Shown piece after piece: positions 55,026 to 64,000 of a DNA stretch of 64,000 bases (position 1 is its first letter; every line of letters begins with the position of its first letter). A program made the position numbers and the translations under genes. The stretch spans positions 1,746,669 to 1,810,668 of the forward strand of contig NC_069007.1 in NCBI RefSeq assembly GCF_001194135.2, read 5' to 3'. Below the pieces are notes generated by a model that did not search any database, was not told the DNA's origin, and saw only the letters and a program-made list of their open reading frames with translations. The stretch comes from Octopus bimaculoides (lineage: Eukaryota).

Positions 55026-56060
55026 CTCGAGAGCTAAATAAATAATGAAACGAAATATGTAATTGATGTTTTAATTACATCAGTATCACCGGTTCCACTA
55101 ATTAATTCTTAACCCCAGCTTTCACTTAATTGTGTGCGCCTACTCTTATTTCTATTTAGAAATTTGGATTGATGGTCTTCTGCCTCTCACAGACCCTGTA
55201 AACCGGTTGTTTTGTGTCTCAGTTTTTATCGTTTACTATAATCTCAATCAGCCCACAGTCAATTAAATTACGATCATATATAGCCTCACAATTCCACTTA
55301 TTCCTCACAACTATTAATTCCTGTATTAAACTGCATTGTTAGCAAATATATCTTTACACTGAAATGTGTTAATGTCTGTTTCAAGCGAGGACTATCTGTT
55401 CTGCCTCGGTACGTCGCGTAACCACGCAGTAAAATTTTCGATGTCTCGTATCTAATAACGTTTCACGTTTCTCCATTGAAATTTATATTCTTTTAACATT
55501 TCCATGAATAATTTTCTGGATTTGGGGCACAGGTCTATACCAGATTTCTGCTTATGCAACTATGATTTCGTAACTTGTATGAGGTCATGAATTACAATAG
55601 ATTTAGCGCGTATGCCTGTTAGGTCGATGGTTACACAACTTTAGGAAAATTGAATCTTTTCTATCAGCCACATGAGATTAACTTTTAAATGATTCAAAAG
55701 AATTTTGTAAATAATCAAGTCGTATAAATGAATATAACAATGTTTGTTACATTCATTATTATTTATGGATACGTTTTCTTTTGTCTTCAAGGTGAAGAAG
55801 TAACAATCTTACACACGGGCAGAAAGTTTCGTGCATTGAGAAACGTATTTGAAGATATGTAGGTCGACGATTCAAATACAAAGATGAATTTCTTAGAAAT
55901 AAGAGCTAAATGAGATACAGAATAATATATGGGATAAAATGTCACATAATAATATACATGGGATGGTCTTCCTGGGTCGATTGTATTTTTGATAGCTCCA
56001 TCAGACATAATCAACAAAAATGAGCACGGATTAGTTTGTGAGAATATTTCACTGTTGTAA

Positions 56061-56243
56061 GACGGCATGCTGGCAGGATCGTTAGCGCCTCAAGCTAAAT
56101 GCTTAGCGGCATTTCTTTCGTTTCTACGTTCTAACTTCAAATTCCGCTAGGGTCGATTTTGCTTTTCATCCTTCCAGCCTATGTAATCGACTTACACCCT
56201 TTCCCATAATTGTTGGTCTCTTCGTAAAATTTGAGGCCAATAT
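56061..56243 (+). mobile_element. SINE family B (M-type tail)
   Basis: GACGGCATGCTGGCAGGATCGTTAGC...TTCAAATTCCGC..GGGTCGA.TTTGC.TTTCATCC...AAATTTGAGGCCAATATT. Confidence 0.8.
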
Positions 56244-56733
56244 TTTATCGGTGTCGTTGCGCTGTTTAACCAGAGGTGAGCTCATATCATACAAACCTGT
56301 AACCAATCAAAACCTGATCCACCCATGACTATTCTAGATGCCCTCTACCGAGAATCACCTAATTCAATTTCCCTATTTTTTCGAAACATATAACTATGAT
56401 CTGAAGGACAATTCGCTCTGATATTTAGTAGGTCTTATGACCAAGGAGAAACTTCTAAATTTATAAGTATGCGTCGGTGTGCCATTGGTTGTTTTGTGTC
56501 TTTCTGTGAAATTGACTGTTTCTTTTTTTATGTAGATTTGTGCGTGTTTATGATATAACATTCTATATGTCGGCTAAATTATCATTGATGATAAATGTGA
56601 AGACGAGGAAATGAAAAGAAAGCAAAACAAAGGAGGACAATGAAATGGCAACAAAAAAAATGACCAGTGCCGTGATTCATTTGATAATGTATCAGAAAGC
56701 GAATCAGTGGAGTGTCACTCGCATGTACACACA

Positions 56734-56765
<32 letters not shown>

Positions 56766-58242
56766 NNNNNNNNNNNNNNNNNNNNNNNNNNNNNNNNNNN
56801 NNNNNNNNNNNNNNNNNNNNNNNNNNNNNNNNNNNNNNNNNNNNNNNNNNNNNNNNNNNNNNNNNNNNNNNNNNNNNNNNNNNNNNNNNNNNNNNNNNNN
56901 NNNNNNNNNNNNNNNNNNNNNNNNNNNNNNNNNNNNNNNNNNNNNNNNNNNNNNNNNNNNNNNNNNNNNNNNNNNNNNNNNNNNNNNNNNNNNNNNNNNN
57001 NNNNNNNNNNNNNNNNNNNNNNNNNNNNNNNNNNNNNNNNNNNNNNNNNNNNNNNNNNNNNNNNNNNNNNNNNNNNNNNNNNNNNNNNNNNNNNNNNNNN
57101 NNNNNNNNNNNNNNNNNNNNNNNNNNNNNNNNNNNNNNNNNNNNNNNNNNNNNNNNNNNTATATATATATATATATATGCATGTATCTACTAATACACGC
57201 AACGTTTCATGTACACAAAGCCAGCAAAACTATAGAGCGCTACTCCTTCAATTATGCAGTATTCTTATTAGAAAACTGTCACCAGTTTTTGATCTGTTCT
57301 AAAACAGCAAATCAATCATTTTACCCACAGATAATTCAACAATATATTGGAGGTGTAAGGTATACACCACGTCAGGGAGGAAACGGAACGAAAAACAAAA
57401 CAAAACAAAAAAATTCCAACAAAAGAAGAAAATGGTCGTCTGATTCATATAAAGCAAATTATTGTCTGTTGACACGCTAATACGCTATGAGACAAATAAC
57501 TTGTTTCATGAAAATACTAACAATACATACGTGGGATTTATAACGTTATTTAGTTTGTTTTGTGGAAGTAGAGTTGTTTCGTTGTTTAATATTTATTTTA
57601 TTATGGTTTTCTGTGTATTTCAACATCAACCTGGCTCTAATATATGTTATGTTTGAATTAAGACACTATAAGAGTGTATTACGATTTGATATGCCTAGCA
57701 TAACTTACATTTCTGTTATTTTCATCTATTTCTTTCGCTTTACCATGATTTAGCTATGTTAGCTAATTACATATATAAATCGATACCAATGCTGATTGCT
57801 ACATCACTGCATTTCTTCAGTTACGCTGCTGTAGAATGCAGCTGTGTTGCTGCATATTTTAGTAAGTTGTACTGCAACCAGCTAAATTGCTTTAGAATAT
57901 TAAACAAACCAACGGTGGTGTATCTAACCAGTCGTTTAGCCTGCTAGAAATAGATGATAGACTTTCCTCAAAGCACAACTTGCTGCCTACAGAAAAGTAA
58001 ATATTGAAGAATGTTTTTCTGATTTTTTGGTTGATTTTTCTTAGTCGGAAGTGAAACAACTGGGCCAGTTCCTCTTCGTATTTTCTGAATTTCTGAGGCT
58101 TTTGTAGGACCTCTGAAGGATATTTAAACAACAACACGAAGATAGACAAACTGGAAGTGTAAAAAACAGAATGTTTGATCATCCAGGTAATTGCATGGTA
58201 GTCTTGAGTTTCAAGCGCGACGCAAATCGTCAGGCATTTTGA

Positions 58243-58319
<77 letters not shown>

Positions 58320-58414
58320 GTTCCTGTTTTACTTTTACCTCCGATCTTTCTTTAATTATCCTCGTCTATTATCTTTTACTTGACCACGGCCATGTTGGTG
58401 CATCCCCATATAAT

Positions 58415-58576
58415 ATGGGCTTCTTTCATTTTCCGTCTACGAAATCTCCTCACAAGGCTTTAGTCGCACCGAGGCTGTAGATAAAGACGGAAGAGCAAGG
58501 TGCCATACAGTGTGACTGAACCTGGAACCATTTGGTTGAGGAGAAAGCGTCTTACCACGCCGCCACGTCTGCACCT
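58415..58576 (-). mobile_element. SINE family A
   Basis: Reverse complement of the head and body motifs. Confidence 0.8.
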
Positions 58577-59871
58577 ATTTAGCTAATCTATATATATCGG
58601 TGTCCTTTTTATTTGTATTATGATCATAGTTTGACATTGAAGTTATTTAGCTTGTACATCTTGCAGAGCAGTGACCATACTATAGCATACAAGTTGGCGC
58701 GAATGCATTATGGCTGTCCTATTAGTGGCCTAAGGATATCAATATACAGTATGATTTATAAGTAAGTTCTGTTCATTTTAATTCCCAAAGCAGTAATGGA
58801 AATTTCTCAGTTATGACCCGAGGAGACCGGCAACAAGATAATTAGTTTCACTTAGCCGCTTAACAGAATCTTAACATTGTCTCATTTATTTCACAAGAAG
58901 CCAAACTGGTGATAGCCATTGTCTATACAGCTCATTAACTGTTATGTTTATCACAAATACAACACATTACTAGAAGGAGGAACACAGTATATCAAAAAAT
59001 CTATGCTTTTCAAATACACAAGGTCTTTAGATTTGCAAGAAATGGCGGTACGCTATGCATCGAGTAGACTGTTAATCTCTTAAAACCTGAAGGATATCGT
59101 GTATAGCGTATTGAAGATTATACAAATCCTGACAAAAATAAAATTAATGGACTTTATTTAGTTGTGTCTGAAAAAAAGGTCTTTTAATGAGAGCAGATTT
59201 GTGTATAAACAACAATTGTACCCGGAAATTTATGTTTTCAATATTGCATACCCATCATACGACAGCAAGTTGACAGAATCGTTACCACGCCGGGCAAAAT
59301 GTTTAGCTGTACTTTGTCCGGTTTCACCTTTACTTGCTGTGCCGAGACCGCCAGATCATGTGATTCCTTAGTCTTGTCAATGATGGACGCTCGACCGCTT
59401 CAGATAGCAACAGCTCATTTCCTCACCTGCGAATTATAGGATGTTCTTGTAGCGACATCTTATTTATCACAGCTGCATTGTACAGAGTCGAAAGGCAAAG
59501 TTGGCCTGAAAGGGCAAACATATCAGTGGCAAAATACTGCAGGATATTCATCCCGACTTTCTAACAACTACACCTTATCACCGTCTTTCAATGGCTTATC
59601 TTAATGAGAAATTTAACAGAATTAATTAATGCTTCCTCATTTCAGGGCTTTGTTTGATACGGTCGTCAAACTTTTATCTTTTAATTGATTCAGTCGTTCA
59701 AATGCAGCCATAAGGGGTTTACGCCAGGATTGATTTTTTTATGTTTATTAAATTTATCCATCAACGGCAAACCGCTAATATGCAGGGACGTAGGACATAA
59801 ACGAACTAACACTGCTTGTCAAGTGGTGGTGGTGGTGGTGGTGGTGGAGAACAACCACACGCACAAACATA

Positions 59872-60027
59872 TGCGTGGCTGTGTGGTAAGAACCTAGCTT
59901 CCCAGCCACATGGTTCTGGGTTATTCCCACGGCGTGGCAACTTGGATAAGTGTCTTCTACTATAGCCTCGGGCCGACCAAAGCCTCGTGAGTAGATTTGG
60001 TTGACGGAAACTGGAAGAAACCTGTCG
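59872..60027 (+). mobile_element. SINE family A
   Basis: GTGGCTGTGTGGTAAG...TCTTCTACTATAGCCTCGGGCCGACCAAAGCC...GACGGAAACTG. Confidence 0.9.
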
Positions 60028-60050
60028 TATACATATATATATATATATAT

Positions 60051-60260
60051 GTCTAAACATAGAGAGGACAAACAAGGACAGACAAACGGATTAAGTCGAT
60101 TACATCGACGCCAGTGCGTAACTGGTACTTAATTTATCGACCCCGAAAGGATGAAAGGCAAAGTCGACCTCGGCGGAATTTGAACTCGGAACGTAGCGGC
60201 AGACGAAATATCACTAAGCATTTCGCCCGGTGTGCTAAAGTTTCTGCTAGCTCACCGCCT
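60051..60260 (-). mobile_element. SINE family B, young T-tail copy
   Basis: Near-consensus core; T-tail TTTGTCTGTCCTTGTTTGTCC.CTCT, truncated at (TA)n. Confidence 0.9.
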
Positions 60261-61557
60261 TTTCAAGGATAATCAGTGCCGCGCGGCTGCACACTGTGTG
60301 CTTCAACTCCGTTACTATGGCCACAGTCCGGAAACTTATTGTTCAGACCGTGTATGTAAGTTCAGACCATATATGCACGTAAGTACCAAATCCAATTTAA
60401 ACGGCAGTTCCCACTCAGGACTGGTACGTGCGGGGTAGGTATAGAACAAAGAACATTTTATACTTTTTTTTTTCGTATACATTTACGAATATGTATGATT
60501 GGATTTCAGACATTAGTGCTTGAATGCTAATCTGCACTCAATTCAGATTTGTTACCATAATTTAGAAAGAAGTAACTAAATGCAATATGTTGATTTTAAT
60601 ATTCCAATTTTCTCACTAAAACACTGCTCTTCCATATCTAAACATCTGTTATGTATTATATATAGTCACAAAGATTCAAATATTTTAAACGAAGAAATGG
60701 CTTATTTTGGCGTTTGCAGATGTCGCCAAATTGGTGTTGTTGTTGTTGCTGTTGTGCAGCACAGTTTTGCTATGACGCCAGAAACATTGTGGTTTTGATA
60801 GAGGATGATTAAGTATACTTGAATAGAAAATCAAAGACGTGCGCTGGATGATACTATTTGGCAGCTTGCCTCTTCGATTACACCGCTCACTCCATTCATG
60901 TTTTAAGTTGAGGTTACTCCGAGATCGATAAGATTATTCCAAATCGTTTATAAGAGTAAACTTAGAGTCAATTCACTCTACCATTTCATACAAATATTTA
61001 TTCGACCCTGTGCAGTGTGTCAGAAATCTGTGTTATGTGAATAATATCAATCGATAGTGACATTTGCGGTCAAATCTTCACAAATGCTACGTTATGTAAC
61101 CGTTCTTTCATAGCATGTTCTTATCAAAACGTAACTGTAAGAAATGCTTCATAACATCTGATGTAGTAGAAATTAATAAACTGCAATAGTTAGTAGTGAA
61201 GTAGTAAAGGAGAAGGTGGAGTCTTGCGTTCGCACACCGAAATGAAGAAAAGCGTTATATCATACATTATTTACATTATTTACATTTAACGGACAACTCC
61301 TCATCTCTTAAATATAGAAGAGCGTTATATCTTTTCTTAAATAATTATCTCTGATATTTTATCTTAAACTCGTGTCAGTCATTGGACGGCGACCAGTCTG
61401 GAACAGCACAATGAAGGGTTTTGGCAATTAATAATCGACTCCGCTGCATTTAAAAAGNNNNNNNNNNNNNNNNNNNNNNNNNNNNNNNNNNNNNNNNNNN
61501 NNNNNNNNNNNNNNNNNNNNNNNNNNNNNNNNNNNNNNNNNNNNNNNNNNNNNNNNN

Positions 61558-61591
<34 letters not shown>

Positions 61592-62099
61592 CACATTTAT
61601 ATGTACGTGTGTTTGTGTGTGTCTGTGTGTCTCCGAGTATAAATGCAGAAGTTTGAATCTCATAATTCATTCCGTACATGTACATAATTTCTCATCACTT
61701 AAGTTAATTCAAGGTTTAACAATGAAGTTTCGGCGCTTGATTTAAGAAGCTCTCAATGGTGAGAAAAAAAAAAAAATCTTCGATTGTGCAAAACGCCTAC
61801 ACACATACACGCACACACATACACAAACGTACACATGCACACGCGCACGCTCATACATATTTCTCTATGTATGTTGACATATATCACAAAACGCACGTTA
61901 AATTTGAAATATTGATTCAAAGCTGCTTCTAAAATGGCGAGGTGTTGTTTCTGATATTACTCAAAACAGTGAGCAATATCAAAATTCAAATAAACATAGT
62001 GCCAAGGTGATTTTTTACTATGTATACGTTCTGATTTATACACAAATGATGTATTCCAGGAGAGTATATAAACATACATGCACAGAAATACGATACATA

Positions 62100-62375
62100 T
62101 GTATACATACATGCATACAGACAGACAGACAGCTAGACAGACAGATAGACAGACAGTTAGAGAGACATGTAGAGAGACAGATAGAAACCTTGACAGTTAG
62201 AGAGACACACATAGCTAGACAGTTATAGAGACAGGTCGATAGCTAGACAGTTAGATAGACAGATAGAAACAGAGGCAAACACATGCAGAGAGAGCGAGAG
62301 AAATACACACGTTCAGAGATAGGGGGAAAAAGAGAGAGAGATAGTGAAAGAGAGAGGGGAGAGAAAAAAGAGAGA
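62100..62375. repeat. Degenerate (GACA/GATA/GA)n tract
   Basis: Direct reading. Confidence 0.8.
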
Positions 62376-62708
62376 GATTAATTATTGGAAACTGACACTT
62401 CGCAAGTTGTTACTGTATCACGTTTCTCGTATTCGTTGTAACAACCTGTGAAACTTCAGGTTCGGATAAATAATTTACCATTATTATTGCATTTTGAGTA
62501 ATGTTTCCTGTTGGTTTCATGTAACACACACAAATACATACAACCGGAAACACATATAGGTATCATAAAATTCATACAAGCACATATTTTATAAATATAT
62601 ACATATGCACGCACATAGGTGTATATGTGCCTGAATACATGGATTGTGTGTGTGTATGTATGAATATGTACATACATATGTATAATCTGTATCTATCTAT
62701 CTACATAC

Positions 62709-62763
<55 letters not shown>

Positions 62764-64000
62764 GATAGATAGATAGATACATACATACATATTTACACAT
62801 ATTTTGTTATATAAACATAATTATGTGCAAATTTCTACTAATATATATGCATATATGTATGTGTGTATATATATGTGTGTATATATATATGTGTGTGTAC
62901 GTATGTATGTATGTATGAATATATATATATGTATGTATGAATATATATATATATGTATGTATACATATATATATATATTTATACTTATATATATNNNNNN
63001 NNNNNNNNNNNNNNNNNNNNNNNNNNNNNNNNNNNNNNNNNNNNNNNNNNNNNNNNNNNNNNNNNNNNNNNNNNNNNNNNNNNNNNNNNNNNNNNNNNNN
63101 NNNNNNNNNNNNNNNNNNNNNNNNNNNNNNNNNNNNNNNNNNNNNNNNNATATATATATATATATATATACATACATATAGATAGATATGTATGTATGTT
63201 TATGTTGGTATATTTGTGTGTGTGTGTGTGTGCGTGTGTGTGTGTATAAATTGAATTATATAGTATATATGAATAGACATAGGTACGTATATTCGACATT
63301 AATCAGCATTCTGTGCGCAAGTGACAGAGAATAATAAATGCGACATACAGACAAATCCATTATTATGACTAGCACGAAACACATTTATTTATTTATCTCT
63401 CTATTTATTCACTTACTTATGTATTAAGAATTTGTATTTATTCCGAATATTTCTGGATACACAAAATCGATGCCTTCTTAGAGGACTGCAATGTCTGTAC
63501 GCACACAAAGTATTTCCGTTGCATTACATGACATACGTTTTTTATATCAATCATTTACACTTAAATGCAAACACAGAAGATAGACTACAACAGTGACAGA
63601 TCGAAACATGTGAATTCATGTTTGTTAACAGCGCAATAGGAAATGACGAAGCATGCGTCTTCATTTTATGTCTGCTTTGCAATAGAGAATACCTATGTTT
63701 ATCATCAAAAGTATCCGCCATTGCTTTATGAATAATATATTAGAGTGTAAGCAGCTAAATAATTTAATAAAAATGCCTACAATGTATATGTGTGGGCATT
63801 TGTGCGGATGTATGCCTCTGCAAATATAAATCTGTATATCTACATATAACATATGTGTTTATGTGTGTGTCTGTACGTGTTAGTATATGTAAATGTGTGA
63901 ATATATATATATATATGCTTATGTATGTTAAATGTAGTAGGTCTCTCTCTCTCGCTCTCTATTTATACATACACACACACATACATATATATATATATAT

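Noticed and set aside
55792-55858. Plus-strand candidate exon EEVTILHTGRKFRALRNVFED
   Set aside because: Strong acceptor, but isolated and unrecognised; cannot be supported without RNA data.
60278-60300. AAHCV resembling the trypsin active-site His motif
   Set aside because: The flanking residues lack the CGG…W(V/I)LT context and no Asp or Ser motif exons were found.

Overview
AT-rich, gap-ridden animal scaffold; the microsatellite load and SINE families point to a cephalopod, probably Octopus (inference, not verified). No host gene can be called with confidence, and only weak candidate micro-exons were found. Almost all long ORFs in the track are artefacts of N runs and (TA)n/(CA)n/(GA)n repeats. 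The supportable content is mobile DNA: three tRNA-derived SINE families (here A, B, C); an RTE LINE with a stop-free RT/thumb segment and three C-terminal C2H2 fingers; two decayed R4/Dong-clade (RLE-type) fragments; a 5'-truncated LINE-like insert with a 24-bp TSD; Penelope-like remnants with hammerhead-like cores; and three MITEs. The most interesting signal is that family-B SINEs appear to target each other. Copies sit directly 5' of older copies with a duplicated flank, and a sub-variant carrying a different 3' tail, shared with the LINE-like insert at 19800-20455, restarts at recurring internal SINE positions to build nested arrays.
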